Shown here: in pieces, positions 19,201-29,308 of the stretch
Layout: each line of letters starts with the position of its first letter
Position numbering within the stretch: position 1 is the first letter of the stretch
Source: Candidatus Yanofskybacteria bacterium
Lineage (GTDB): Bacteria > Patescibacteriota > Minisyncoccia > 2-02-FULL-40-12 > IGHO2-01-FULL-4-A
Assembly (NCBI GenBank): GCA_016181175.1
Contig: JACOZV010000001.1
Location: 75,778-139,777 of the forward strand
Reading direction: 5' to 3'
Length of the DNA stretch: 64,000 bases
Made by a program: the position numbers and the translations under genes
Notes under the pieces: generated by a model
What the model was told of the DNA's origin: nothing
The model's database searches: none
The model's input: the letters and a program-made list of their open reading frames with translations, nothing else

Positions 19201-22200
19201 GAAGTCTACAATAACACACTCTACGATTGCGGTTCCTATAACCCAACTTCAGGCGACAGCGGGGCGATCAATAAGTCTGGTCAAAATGAGAATATTATAA
19301 TAAACCTCCGCAACAATATTATTTTGCAAAATTCAGGAGAGGTTTATATTAAGTCTTCTGGTAACAACAATATCAACGCCCAAGTTACGGGTAGTAAAAA
19401 CCTATTTGCTATGGTTTCTGGTTCGGCTCAAGATTTATCGGGATTTACTGGTCTAACCCCCTACCTCACCCTCGACCCCCTCTTCATCAGCACAACTACC
19501 CCGGATTTCCACCTCCAATCCACCTCTCCCGCCAAAGATGCCGGTGTATTCACCACCGCCCTCTTTGACATTGATGGTATCTCTCGTCCACAAGGAGCAT
19601 CTTTTGATATTGGCGCCTATGAGTATCCATCAGGCGCAGTAGCAGACACAACCTCTCCCACAGTTTCAATAACTTCTCCAACCGACGGCTCAACCCTTTC
19701 CGGCGCTGCCAATACAATAACTGCCAATGCCTCAGATAATATCGGGGTAGTCGGCGTCCAATTCAAAATAGACGGAATCAATCTAGGTTCCGAAGATACA
19801 TCATCCCCATACTCTATTAACTGGGACACCACCACATATACCAACGGCTCTCATACCATAACCGCCGTAGCCAGAGATCCATCCAGCAATACAACAACTT
19901 CTTCAGGAGTCAGCGTAAACGTAAATAATGAAGTGGCTCCAACTCCTCCGGTCATATCTAATGTAACTGCCTCATCTATCACTACTACCGGCGCTACCAT
20001 CACCTGGACTACTGATAAATCATCAGATTCACAGGTGGAATACGGCTTAACCACCAGCTACGGTTCATCTACAACTCTTGATTCAACATTGGTTACCAAC
20101 CACTCAGTTCTATTATCAGGCCTAACATCACAAACAACCTATCATTACAGGGTTAAATCACAGGATACCCCGGGCAACCTAGCCACCTCAGGAGATTTTA
20201 CCTTTACCACCGCCACACCCCCTCCGGTAATCTCAAACGTCCAAGCTACCAATATCACCGCTACCTCTGTAACTATTACCTGGGCTACTGATCGAGCCAC
20301 GACCAGCAAGGTTAACTATGGTTTGACTTCCAGCTATACCAATTCCACGGTTAAAGACACGACTCTGGTAACCAGCCACTCCGTATCCATAGGCGGCCTG
20401 TCTGCTTCTACTCTCTACCACTACCAGGTTGAATCATCGGATTCAGGCAATTTAACTTCCGTTTCTTCCGATGCCACCTTTACCACGGCCGCCTCGGCTT
20501 TACCCGTCATCTCCAATATCCAAGCCACCAACATTACTACAAGCGGAGTCACCATAACCTGGACGACTGACATATCCTCTGATTCGCAGGTAGAATATGG
20601 TACCACCACGGCTTATGGCTCATCCACAACTCTTGACTCCACTCTTGTTACCAGTCACAGCGTTGCCCTAACCGGCCTTTCCGCCGGCACTATATATAAT
20701 TACCGGGTCAAATCCAGCGGAGCGGTTTCAACCAACAAAACCTTTTCAACAACATCGGCTTCCGATACCACCGCCCCCGCCGCGGTTACCAATCTGGCCA
20801 GCACCGGCACAACCAGAACATCCGTTGACTTATCCTGGACTGCTCCAGGCGATGACGGTAATACCGGCACCGCTACTTCCTATGATATGCGCTGGCTGAC
20901 CGTCCCTATAACTGACTCCAACTGGAGTTCCGCCAATATTCTTACCGGTTTGCCTGCGCCAAAAACGGCCGGCACAACCCAGACATATACGGCCATTGGC
21001 TTAACGGCTAACATCACTTACTACTTTGCTTTAAAAACAAAAGATGAAAGCAATAATGTTTCAGCGTTATCAAATGTGATAAGCGCTAAGACCAAAACCG
21101 ATACCGCCACTGGCGGCGGAGGCGGCGGAGCTTCTTCTTTTGACGCCTCGCCCGGGCCGGTTAAGATTTCCAGAATTGGCGAAGCCGACAGTCAGATTCT
21201 GTTAGAATGGCGTAATCCAACCGATGAGGACTTTGTCCGCGTACAAATTGTTGTTAACGAAAACCGCCAACCGTTAAATCAGGATGACGGCAGGATAATA
21301 CTGGAAGAAAACACTACCAAATTCCTCCATGTCAATCTGCGAAACGGCAAAACCTACTATTTTAATATCTACGCCTTGGACTTGGCCAAAAACTTTTCCG
21401 AACCGGTTAAGCTCAAAGCTGTCCCCCAAGAAGGAGTATTATCTTTCGCCGAAAACATAGAGCCGCTTGATGTCGCCCAAACAACCCAATACATTGCCCC
21501 GAAGATAATAACCGAAGAAGACTTCTCCGTTTTCAGGCCAAGGATATTCCCCAAAGCTGTTTTAATCAGATACGCCTTTGATAAGAACGTCTATTACATA
21601 GAAAACGGCAAGAGAAGACTGGTACCCAATTATGCCACCCTCCTTAAACTGACCAATAACAATCCAAACAAGGTTTTAACGGTATTGGATAAAGAACTGA
21701 TAGACGGTTATTCATCTGCCGCTCCTCTTGAAGAAAAAGACATCACCTCTTTATCAAAAGAAATTACCGCCCAATCAGCTTTGGTTAAAACCAAAGACAA
21801 ACCGACTGTCTACCTGGTAAATACAATAGACAAGACCAAACAAACCATTCCCACGCTTGCGGTATTCTATTCCTACGGCTTTTCATTCAAAAACGTATCT
21901 GAAACCAAACAGGAAGACGTGGATGCCCTAACTGAAGCAGGAGAATTAACTCTTAAAACATTTCCAAATGGTTTTCTCATGAAATCTCCCGACAGTTACA
22001 AGGTTTACATAATCCAAGATGGCCAAAAGAGATGGATCAAAACCCTCAAGCTCTTCCTGGGCTTCAAATACATTGATAAAGACGTAACTACCCTGCCTAA
22101 AGAATTAATAGAAGCCTACCCAACAGGATCAGATATTGAAAAGCAGGATGAAACATTACCCAGCAAATTACAAATCAAAGTTCCGGCTACCATCCATGCT

Positions 22201-22437
22201 GACGGCACCCTGGTTAAATTAAAAGATAACTACAAGGTTTACCTTGTAGACAAAACCCAGCTTAAATGGATTGAAACCCAGGAAGAGTTTAAGACCAAGA
22301 AATATAAATTAAAAGACGTGATTGCTATTACCAAGGACGAGTTTGAGTTGTATGGGATGGGGGAGGAAGAACCCATCGAAGAGATAACCACGGGGATAGA
22401 GATGGGAATAATCCCCTCGTCAAGTGAGGGGCAGTAA
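16294..22437 (+). CDS. Giant secreted multidomain surface protein 2 (2047 aa): Ig-like domains, (PT)n linker, parallel beta-helix region, 3x FN3-like domains, 4x C-terminal repeats of about 55 aa
   Basis: Signal peptide MSKHLKIIIFSLFLVAGFTMKSDFASAAS; Ig-like GVSGVQFKLDGVNLG…; PTPTPTPTPTPTPTPTP; three VISN…ITWTTD…YHYRVKS FN3 repeats; C-terminal YKVY…GYxxxxVxx…EL repeats. Confidence 0.75.
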   Translation: MSKHLKIIIFSLFLVAGFTMKSDFASAASRYWVGGGSSTNWNATGPTNWSATSGGTNNDTVPNSTDDVFFNSSSGTGNSVISASITINSFDATGYTGTLTHNASVTLTISGSGVVFKLASGMTYTKGGNTSSALSFTGTSGTTMITTAGKTIGKITFNGVGGSWQLQDALNAAGTASQIILTSGNFDSNNFNVTMGSFVSSNSNTRTLTMGSSTWKLQDGGTIVWNLATVTGLSLNAGTSTIVISSTNGSGKTFAGGGQTYYNVVFSGDNINISDSNTFNNFAINNAGLTNGLALGVGKTQTIMGSFTTNGSAGSLAILKTTTSGSTATLSKASGTVCVDYMSIKDSTVSGGASWYAGANSTNVSGNTGWTFSACPGGDTTPPTVSISSPTAGLTVSGNTTVSATASDNVGVSGVQFKLDGVNLGVEDIDSPYSITWDTTATTDGSHDLTATARDASGNQTTSSAVTVTVSNPTPTPTPTPTPTPTPTPTPLPATGIPVIFFTDLESGPNTGGENNNGAFVTIYGKNLSGSTVTVGGGSAIIKLTSTPYLWYEKMAIQLGASTNSGNIIVTNAYGSSNNLPFTVRAGNVYCVSMTGADSNNGKFTTETPPSAGVQGCWLNVYKAKNTIAAGDIAYILDGANQTTPEPGTGVALQISNGGNLGNPKALIVYPGGTSVLGAIGSGDWVGSVGGIKVLGSASNADYITIAGFTFKTFSSALSISGNTYPSAQHWRFIGNYLTCPGGDGQSACASPGSMEYLEFLGNEITDAGCKEGGTQNCKLISPANTITTVGTTLTLSGFTSGVNLGARICVTTCASGQVRHIVAAGPNNLNWILDSAFTSDVTDSTFQFRYGLTSKQYHSVYVDNSDHIEIGWSYIHNNNSCRGILTNSTGTTGGHQQHDLSYHDNIIHHQTCAGIDLNTVDPNTGPVEVYNNLIYHVGTGPTPHDGIGNLACIYSGDNNRSSPGAGTIEVYNNTLYDCGSYNPTSGDSGAINKSGQNENIIINLRNNIILQNSGEVYIKSSGNNNINAQVTGSKNLFAMVSGSAQDLSGFTGLTPYLTLDPLFISTTTPDFHLQSTSPAKDAGVFTTALFDIDGISRPQGASFDIGAYEYPSGAVADTTSPTVSITSPTDGSTLSGAANTITANASDNIGVVGVQFKIDGINLGSEDTSSPYSINWDTTTYTNGSHTITAVARDPSSNTTTSSGVSVNVNNEVAPTPPVISNVTASSITTTGATITWTTDKSSDSQVEYGLTTSYGSSTTLDSTLVTNHSVLLSGLTSQTTYHYRVKSQDTPGNLATSGDFTFTTATPPPVISNVQATNITATSVTITWATDRATTSKVNYGLTSSYTNSTVKDTTLVTSHSVSIGGLSASTLYHYQVESSDSGNLTSVSSDATFTTAASALPVISNIQATNITTSGVTITWTTDISSDSQVEYGTTTAYGSSTTLDSTLVTSHSVALTGLSAGTIYNYRVKSSGAVSTNKTFSTTSASDTTAPAAVTNLASTGTTRTSVDLSWTAPGDDGNTGTATSYDMRWLTVPITDSNWSSANILTGLPAPKTAGTTQTYTAIGLTANITYYFALKTKDESNNVSALSNVISAKTKTDTATGGGGGGASSFDASPGPVKISRIGEADSQILLEWRNPTDEDFVRVQIVVNENRQPLNQDDGRIILEENTTKFLHVNLRNGKTYYFNIYALDLAKNFSEPVKLKAVPQEGVLSFAENIEPLDVAQTTQYIAPKIITEEDFSVFRPRIFPKAVLIRYAFDKNVYYIENGKRRLVPNYATLLKLTNNNPNKVLTVLDKELIDGYSSAAPLEEKDITSLSKEITAQSALVKTKDKPTVYLVNTIDKTKQTIPTLAVFYSYGFSFKNVSETKQEDVDALTEAGELTLKTFPNGFLMKSPDSYKVYIIQDGQKRWIKTLKLFLGFKYIDKDVTTLPKELIEAYPTGSDIEKQDETLPSKLQIKVPATIHADGTLVKLKDNYKVYLVDKTQLKWIETQEEFKTKKYKLKDVIAITKDEFELYGMGEEEPIEEITTGIEMGIIPSSSEGQ

Positions 22438-22445
22438 GATGACAA

Positions 22446-25400
22446 ATGTTAAATCTAATTTTCCAAAAACTGCTCAAAAAGAAAACGATTGACCGCTTGA
22501 TTCTAGCGGTCAAAAAGTTTATAGCCGGCACGACGATTTTAATGTCGGTGTTTTACGGCACTCTTTATTATGCCCTAGTCACATTAGCTAGCGAAAACGA
22601 ACAAGTTCCCAAACCACTTGTCAGTCAGACAGGAGATCCGACCAGTAATCCCGGCAGATATTATTTAGAGTCTCTTAAAAACAGAGCTGATGAAATTGTC
22701 GGTCTTACCTTTACAAGCCACGATAATTACCAAGAATTTGTTTTCGCTGGCAATAAAATTATTGAGCCAGCATCAATTACTATAAACGACAAACCATACG
22801 TGCCATTCAGATTGCTTTTGTCTTCAAGCAGTAAGGACTACGAAGTTGAACTCAAATCCAAGAAAGGGACGCAAATAATTTCTTTAGCCGGAGATCGTTT
22901 CGAGTATTCTATTTTTGAAAAACAACAAAAAGGTTTTTTGAAATTGGCTTCCGTTAATCCGAAATTTCAAATAAAAAATTGGGGGACCGTGGAAGAACCT
23001 CAGTCAACACCCAGCTGGCAAGATATTATTTTTACAAATCCAGTATCAACCAGTTGGTCAGTATATGACAATTACATAGAAATCAAACAAAATAGCAATT
23101 TTATTACAGGAGAAAAAAATTACAACGCTTGGTTAAAGGTAAAACTTGGTTTTGATAGTTCAGATTATATTAACTCCTGGAATTTCGGCGTATCAGGCCA
23201 GGAAAATATTACACCCGCAGATGAATTTAGAATTAGACTGCAGACTGTGCTTGCGGGTAAAATCAAACATCAGACAAATGATAGCGGTAACTTGGAAGTT
23301 GGTATAGAGAATCCAAAAAGTAATACAGCTGAGGATGTCATAGATTTGGACAATTTATTTCTAAATCCAACGGCTTCGGTATCTCAAACGCCGAGTATAT
23401 TACCAGAAGCTACGGTCGGTTCGATACCAGTGGAACCAGAAGTAACTCAATTACCAAGCGCCACCACAGAACCTTCGCTGATTTCGACACCCGAGCCGTC
23501 TCTTACTCCGGCTGCATCTGTGTCAGAATCGGGCAATGAAGCAAGCCCTTTGTCTGAAGAACAAGAGACGATCCCGACTCCGCATTTTGAGATTACTTCA
23601 ACCCCATCCAGCGAGAGTCCAGCCCTAGAATCAATACCGGAGCAGACGCCGGAGCCGATTACTACGTCCCTGCCGGAAACTACTGGCAATCAAGACGAAA
23701 CCACGCCTGAACCAAGCCCCACCTCGCTATTAAATAAATTCTTTGGAATCAATATTGTAAATGCAGAAGAAGTGACAGAGCAACCAGTAGAAGCAAGCAT
23801 AGACCCGGTCATTATACCAGAAAATACAACTAATCCAGTCTCCGAAATACAAGAGCCTACTTTGTCGGAAACTGATACCGATGAAACTGCGAATTCTATT
23901 ATAGCGGAACCGATACTCCAACCACTGATTGAGGGTGCTTCAAGTATTATTAATCAAGTTACCGATAGTTTAACTAATTTTGCAGAAAGTCCGAGTATAT
24001 CATTGCCGACTTTGGAACCGGAGACAGTTTCTAACAGCGAGCCGGTAACTATTTTTGAAGAACCTATTGTTGCAAGCTCAGATCTTTCGGAGCCCCCCCA
24101 AAAGCCGCAATCAATTCCAGCCCAAATTGCAAACGTATTAAATAGTTTGAATCTTTTTTCTGTTACTCAAACCACCATTTCTGAATTAAATTTTGGTTTA
24201 GGAGACGAGGGTGGGAGCAATCTCCAGATAGATGAGAATAATAACATCCTAACAACAGAGGTAAGTTTGAATTCCAGCAACAACGGGGTTTCAGTTATAC
24301 TTTCAGATATCGGTGTGGCCGTTTATAACACCGGTATCTGGATAGCTTCGGGCGATGGCAGTAAATCAACAGATTTCAAACTTCACTTCAATTCCAGCTA
24401 CGGCGGCGCGATTGATGAGTTGTATCTTGGCACCGACTTTCATACCAACAAAGTGGCGACTCCGCAGGCAGGATCGGGGGGGCTGACATTGATTGAGCAG
24501 GATCATTTTTCCCAAGCGGAAACCAGAAGTTCAACCCTGGAAGTGATTGAGCAATCCAAGGTCAGGATAGTCATAGACAACACCTTTAGACTTGGCCCGG
24601 AGGCTGGCATAGCCGAAAAGTGGTCAATTTATGCCACCGGCCGGATAATAAAACAAACGATTTTTGATAAATATAAAACTGGCGAGGAAAGGTGGTATCT
24701 CAATGCTGCCAAAACCGGTTTTGATTTATCAGCGGGTTATAACTACAATCAGCTGATTTTAAACACCAAACTGGAACCCAATTCCAAAGACCTGATGTTG
24801 GTTTGGCAAAATCCAAGTTTGTTGACCTCTTCTTCTTTTGAGGCAGGCGAAACGGATAGTTCATATACAACCGTTGCGAAATTAAACCGTCAGCCGTGGA
24901 CCTATACTGAATACCAAATGATTGATTTGATGCAAGAGGATTTGAGCATGATTGATAAAACCTCAATAGATGAAAGAGCGAATGATTATCGCAATCCCGA
25001 CAATCCAGAATTCACGGTCGGCAGTTTCAGAAAGGTCAATCAGCAATATTTTTCTTATGAAATGGATTCGGCCGGCAGTAAAAATCATGTAGTATTCAAA
25101 ATGGACGGTTCACAAATCGCAAGATTCCATCCGGTATTTGAAATTCACGAATGGAACAACCCAGACCTTAGCGCAATCAGATCATACATGAACCAGAAAA
25201 ATATGGTTGAGAATCGTGACTATATTGTTGATTTCAGGAATAGTGATCCCGGCACTGGTATTTTGATATTCCACTTTCTTGGCACAGTACGCACCAATTC
25301 AGAATTAAGCGCTGACGGGTTTGTAACTTTTGATATTGATCCGGAGGTTACTCCGGGTTCGGGGATACTGGCTTATGGAGGAGGGAATATGCAGACAAGT

Positions 25401-27908
25401 TTTGTGACTACCGATGCTACAGGAAATAACTTGGGAGCTTTTGCCAGCGTTTCAGCGAGCACATTTAATCCGTTTTGGGTGGTTAATCGTGCCAGTCCGG
25501 TTGGCGGTAGTCAGGCCTCCGGTTCGGACAATGAACACTTGGTAGGCGACCTTAACGGCACTGGCAATCTTGAGATGCTGCGCTGGAACGGTACCGCTTG
25601 GGCGTTGGATTGGACGGAAAACAATGTTGGTTCACAATCGCTTGATGTAAGAGCGTATGATATTGCTTATGAAAATAGCGGTGAAGCGGTGGCGGCTTGG
25701 TCCCAAACTAACGATACAACTGGTCTTATTGAATACAGAGTTTGGAATGGGATTAGTTGGGGAGCGTCAACAAGCTTCACCGTGCCGACCACAAACAAGA
25801 TTGCTTGGATTGAAATGGCATCACACCCAGCCAGCGGTTCAAATCAAAATGATATTGGACTCTGCTATGTTACCGGCGGATTGAACGAAACCGGTTGTGC
25901 AGTCTGGAATGGGACTACAAATACCTGGGGCAATGCGGTGCTTAGAGAAAGCGATTCATTAAATAATAGAAAATCCGTTTCAGTATTTTACGAGCAAAGC
26001 TCTGGAGATCTTATAGAAATTTCGGGTATAGAACATACCACAAATGGTGGTGGTGTGGTTTTGACCTATTCAAGTTGGGATGGCTCAAGTTGGACGGCAA
26101 CATCCTCTTTCAGTAGCGGCAGCGGAACGGGGGATAGTGCCAATGATCTTAGTTGCGCTCCAGCTCCTTTTTCGCTCAACGGCACGACTACGAAGAATAA
26201 GGCGGTATGCCTTGCTTATGATGGTTTTGCAGATGACGTGTGGTCGTTTATATGGGACGGTTCGGCGCCTAACAACGAGAATTCAAATACTACAACAAGT
26301 ACTGTTGCCGCCGGTTTACTTATTTCTGGCGGAGTCAATTGGATTATTGATACGAGAGCTATGGGGCTAATTATTATCAATGTTAGTGCGGGCAGCAACC
26401 AAGTTGATTATGAGTACTGGGATGATACTGCTGGCGCTTGGACGCTAAATCAGACATTTACGCATACCACTGGTACTAAAAGAAGTTTTCAGGTTGAACC
26501 AAATCCAAACCAGAAAAACACGGCAACAGTTCTTATAAGTGACAATAATACCAATCTCTTTGCTTATGAAGCCAGTGTCAGCGAAACCACAGTTACTTTT
26601 AATAACTTGAATAATGGTAATGCAATAACTCAAGATTTAACGAATGTTGGCAAAAACCAAGCATTTATGATGGCCTACGACCTATTCCCCAACCCTACCC
26701 AGACGCATTTCCAATGGTTGAATGACGATGCGGGGTTGAACTCTGGGACTGCGGCTGCCGCCCAGGATGCGACATTAACGGGATTAACAAACGGTTCAGT
26801 TAAGAGATTGAGGGTTGAGATTTCAAACGAAGGCGCAGGGAGCAAAAGCAGTAATTTCCAGCTGGAGTTTGCCAAAAAAGGTTCTGGTTGCACTCAAGCT
26901 ACGCTTTCCGCCGGTTGGAATTACAGGGAGATACATACTGATTCGGTAACTGCTTCAGACGCTTTTGATATACAAGATTCAACCAACTTCAGCAATGGGG
27001 CGGCGACAACAGCATCATTGAGTGCCAGCGACCCTACCTTTGTAGCGGGTCAAGGCATAGATTCCGCATCATCCACCAGCGCCATTGCTTTGAATGGCAA
27101 TAACTATACCGAGATTGAATATGCTTTGCAGGCGAATACCAACGCCCAGTCCACGACTACCTATTGTTTCCGCTTGACTGATGGCGGGGCGAGTACTTCG
27201 TTCACTTATCAGAGATATGCGGAGGTTCAGACGGGGACGATTGGAGTTTCCGTTCCAACCTATACCGAAGATTTCTTCAGGTTCTATATAAATGTTGACA
27301 ATATTTCTCCAACCGATCCTTGGCCAACTAGCTCTAATGATTTAGCCGAAAACGCCACAATGTCAGCGCATTTTGCAAGCATTGCCAGCGGCAGTATTAT
27401 GCGTTTGCGAACCAACATGTTAGTGGGAACGGCTACTCTAAATGCCGCCTCGCAAACATTCCAACTGCAATATGCGGAAGGATTCAACTGCGGAGCATTA
27501 TCCGGTGGCAGTTGGGCTTCAGTAGGGGCGTCTACAAGTAATACAATCTGGCGATTTGGATCTAATGGAAGCGTAACTGACGGCACGGCCCTATCAAGCG
27601 GCGGCACCCTTTTATCCAATTCTGATAATGGCGCGCGAGCTACCTACGAAGAGGGCAATCCATCAGCAGTCAATCCCAATGCCGTAACCAGCGGCCAGCG
27701 CATGGAACACGACTGGTCTGTTCAAAATAATGGTGCCGTATCCGGCGCGGCATATTGTTTTCGTATTATCCGTAATTCCGGTACAACCCTCGAAACCTAT
27801 AACAGGTATCCTCAAGTAATACTAGGCCCGTCAACCGACCAGATTTTACGCCACGGTGCTTTCTTCAGCGAAGGAGTTGAGCAAGGGTATTACTGGTCAG
27901 GAATTTAG
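22446..27908 (+). CDS. Giant membrane-anchored surface protein 3 (1820 aa): mucin-like S/T/P/E-rich stalk and C-terminal repeated jelly-roll-like modules
   Basis: N-terminal TM helix FIAGTTILMSVFYGTLYYALVTL; about 150-aa low-complexity TEPS region; repeated C-terminal modules ending …YCFRL…YQRY / …YCFRII…YNRY. Confidence 0.7.
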   Translation: MLNLIFQKLLKKKTIDRLILAVKKFIAGTTILMSVFYGTLYYALVTLASENEQVPKPLVSQTGDPTSNPGRYYLESLKNRADEIVGLTFTSHDNYQEFVFAGNKIIEPASITINDKPYVPFRLLLSSSSKDYEVELKSKKGTQIISLAGDRFEYSIFEKQQKGFLKLASVNPKFQIKNWGTVEEPQSTPSWQDIIFTNPVSTSWSVYDNYIEIKQNSNFITGEKNYNAWLKVKLGFDSSDYINSWNFGVSGQENITPADEFRIRLQTVLAGKIKHQTNDSGNLEVGIENPKSNTAEDVIDLDNLFLNPTASVSQTPSILPEATVGSIPVEPEVTQLPSATTEPSLISTPEPSLTPAASVSESGNEASPLSEEQETIPTPHFEITSTPSSESPALESIPEQTPEPITTSLPETTGNQDETTPEPSPTSLLNKFFGINIVNAEEVTEQPVEASIDPVIIPENTTNPVSEIQEPTLSETDTDETANSIIAEPILQPLIEGASSIINQVTDSLTNFAESPSISLPTLEPETVSNSEPVTIFEEPIVASSDLSEPPQKPQSIPAQIANVLNSLNLFSVTQTTISELNFGLGDEGGSNLQIDENNNILTTEVSLNSSNNGVSVILSDIGVAVYNTGIWIASGDGSKSTDFKLHFNSSYGGAIDELYLGTDFHTNKVATPQAGSGGLTLIEQDHFSQAETRSSTLEVIEQSKVRIVIDNTFRLGPEAGIAEKWSIYATGRIIKQTIFDKYKTGEERWYLNAAKTGFDLSAGYNYNQLILNTKLEPNSKDLMLVWQNPSLLTSSSFEAGETDSSYTTVAKLNRQPWTYTEYQMIDLMQEDLSMIDKTSIDERANDYRNPDNPEFTVGSFRKVNQQYFSYEMDSAGSKNHVVFKMDGSQIARFHPVFEIHEWNNPDLSAIRSYMNQKNMVENRDYIVDFRNSDPGTGILIFHFLGTVRTNSELSADGFVTFDIDPEVTPGSGILAYGGGNMQTSFVTTDATGNNLGAFASVSASTFNPFWVVNRASPVGGSQASGSDNEHLVGDLNGTGNLEMLRWNGTAWALDWTENNVGSQSLDVRAYDIAYENSGEAVAAWSQTNDTTGLIEYRVWNGISWGASTSFTVPTTNKIAWIEMASHPASGSNQNDIGLCYVTGGLNETGCAVWNGTTNTWGNAVLRESDSLNNRKSVSVFYEQSSGDLIEISGIEHTTNGGGVVLTYSSWDGSSWTATSSFSSGSGTGDSANDLSCAPAPFSLNGTTTKNKAVCLAYDGFADDVWSFIWDGSAPNNENSNTTTSTVAAGLLISGGVNWIIDTRAMGLIIINVSAGSNQVDYEYWDDTAGAWTLNQTFTHTTGTKRSFQVEPNPNQKNTATVLISDNNTNLFAYEASVSETTVTFNNLNNGNAITQDLTNVGKNQAFMMAYDLFPNPTQTHFQWLNDDAGLNSGTAAAAQDATLTGLTNGSVKRLRVEISNEGAGSKSSNFQLEFAKKGSGCTQATLSAGWNYREIHTDSVTASDAFDIQDSTNFSNGAATTASLSASDPTFVAGQGIDSASSTSAIALNGNNYTEIEYALQANTNAQSTTTYCFRLTDGGASTSFTYQRYAEVQTGTIGVSVPTYTEDFFRFYINVDNISPTDPWPTSSNDLAENATMSAHFASIASGSIMRLRTNMLVGTATLNAASQTFQLQYAEGFNCGALSGGSWASVGASTSNTIWRFGSNGSVTDGTALSSGGTLLSNSDNGARATYEEGNPSAVNPNAVTSGQRMEHDWSVQNNGAVSGAAYCFRIIRNSGTTLETYNRYPQVILGPSTDQILRHGAFFSEGVEQGYYWSGI

Positions 27909-27930
27909 AAAAAATTAATTTTTTATAAAA

Positions 27931-28653
27931 CTAAATTTTAATTTCTGCCAGTAATTTTTGATTTATCTGGTCCAACTCTTTTAGCACCTGCTCATATAAA
28001 GGCCGGAGATCGGATTGCAGTTGTTTGATGTTTTGAATGTATTTAAGGCGGAGTTGATTACTGGTTCTAAACTGGTCTCTGTTGGTTGCCTCAACCAGCT
28101 TATCTACTAAATCAATAATGGGTTGGAAATGGGCAGTTATTTTTTTTGTGTAGTTGGCTAGTTCTGGAGTGTCGTCATATTTTTTAAGCCGGATCGTTAT
28201 TTGTTTGAGGGCATATTGAGTGAGGGAAAGGCGGTACATGAAGTCGCCCTTATTTTCTGATACCGAACGGCTGTTCAAGTCATTTTCAGGATTATATTCT
28301 AAAATTTTAGGTAGCAAGTCGCCAAACTCCTGGCGGTAGTTATAATATTGACTCAACGATTCCAAAGCAAGATAACTTTTTTCGTATGACAAAACATCTA
28401 ACGATAGACGCCGAGAGTTTTTGGTAATATCGGCTAATATTTTTTTAGTTTCAGAAATTTTCTTGATTTTTGCCGTCCCTTCGGTGCTGAGCTTCTGTAA
28501 GTTATAAATTTGCGCCCGTAAATTTTGTGCCAACTCTTTTTGGCGGATACGATAGTATATTGGCCCTAGCAACTGAAAAGCACCAAAAAATACAAGTCCA
28601 GCAATAGCCGAATAAATTAAACGCCTATATTTGAATAATTTGTCGTACCACAT
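27931..28653 (-). CDS. Hypothetical membrane-anchored coiled-coil protein
   Basis: 240 aa; N-terminal TM helix, then a helical/coiled-coil-rich region; no recognisable motif. Confidence 0.5.
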   Translation of the reverse strand: MWYDKLFKYRRLIYSAIAGLVFFGAFQLLGPIYYRIRQKELAQNLRAQIYNLQKLSTEGTAKIKKISETKKILADITKNSRRLSLDVLSYEKSYLALESLSQYYNYRQEFGDLLPKILEYNPENDLNSRSVSENKGDFMYRLSLTQYALKQITIRLKKYDDTPELANYTKKITAHFQPIIDLVDKLVEATNRDQFRTSNQLRLKYIQNIKQLQSDLRPLYEQVLKELDQINQKLLAEIKI

Positions 28654-28702
28654 TGTTTTTATTTTATCATTCTCCGCTCTGGGTTGAAAGCCAAGAGTTT
28701 TT

Positions 28703-29254
28703 TTGCTAAGTTTATACTCTATGCAGGAAATAAAAGAAAAAGCAGGTAATTCCTATCAGCAGGAATTTTTTATAAGTCCCTCGCGCGGTCAACGCGAATT
28801 TTTGGATATAATAAGCGATATAACCGATTTTGTTAATGAAGATCCGTTGAGCAAATACGTTGTTGTCGTTGGCACCGACTCTGAGGAAACGATAACGCCC
28901 AACGGGCATGCCGGCCTTGCCAATTTTGTCAGCGTGATTACTGTTCATCGCGTGGGCAGGCACGGCAGATATTTTTGGAAAAAAATCTCTGATGTTAAAA
29001 CATTTGATAGGCACGATAGGATGCTGAAGGAGGCGTATTATTCATTGGAACTTGCGCAAAGAGTTGTTGCTCATTTGCGCGAAAAACTAAATGATCGATT
29101 GTACGATTTTGAAATCCATCTTGATATCGGCAATAACGGCCCGACCAAAACTATGATTCAGGAAATAGTCGGCATGATTACAGGTAATGGCTTCACGGCT
29201 CGTATCAAACCCGATTCATATGCGGCGAATAAGGTTGCGGACCGGCATGTGTAG
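28703..29254 (+). CDS. Hypothetical protein, possibly a DUF458 / YkuK-like RNase H-fold protein
   Basis: 183 aa; blocks VVVGTDSEE and GLANFVSVITVHRVG; assignment by memory only. Confidence 0.35.
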   Translation: MLSLYSMQEIKEKAGNSYQQEFFISPSRGQREFLDIISDITDFVNEDPLSKYVVVVGTDSEETITPNGHAGLANFVSVITVHRVGRHGRYFWKKISDVKTFDRHDRMLKEAYYSLELAQRVVAHLREKLNDRLYDFEIHLDIGNNGPTKTMIQEIVGMITGNGFTARIKPDSYAANKVADRHV

Positions 29255-29308
29255 TAATTTTTAATTTTTAATTTTTTAATTTTATAAATAAACTCTAAAT
29301 CTAAAACA
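29254..29308. repeat. Left arm of the AT-rich palindromic hairpin repeat (family A), interrupted by the 4HB gene
   Basis: AATTTTTAATTTTTAATTTTTTAATTTTATAAATAA matches the 5' arm of copies at 37306, 55441 (inverted) and 62394. Confidence 0.7.

Noticed and set aside
14431-27619. Numerous 60-170-aa antisense or alternate-frame ORFs inside the three giant genes
   Set aside because: They sit within long, clearly coding ORFs with consistent composition. Typical spurious ORFs for GC-skewed Thr/Gly-rich coding sequence.
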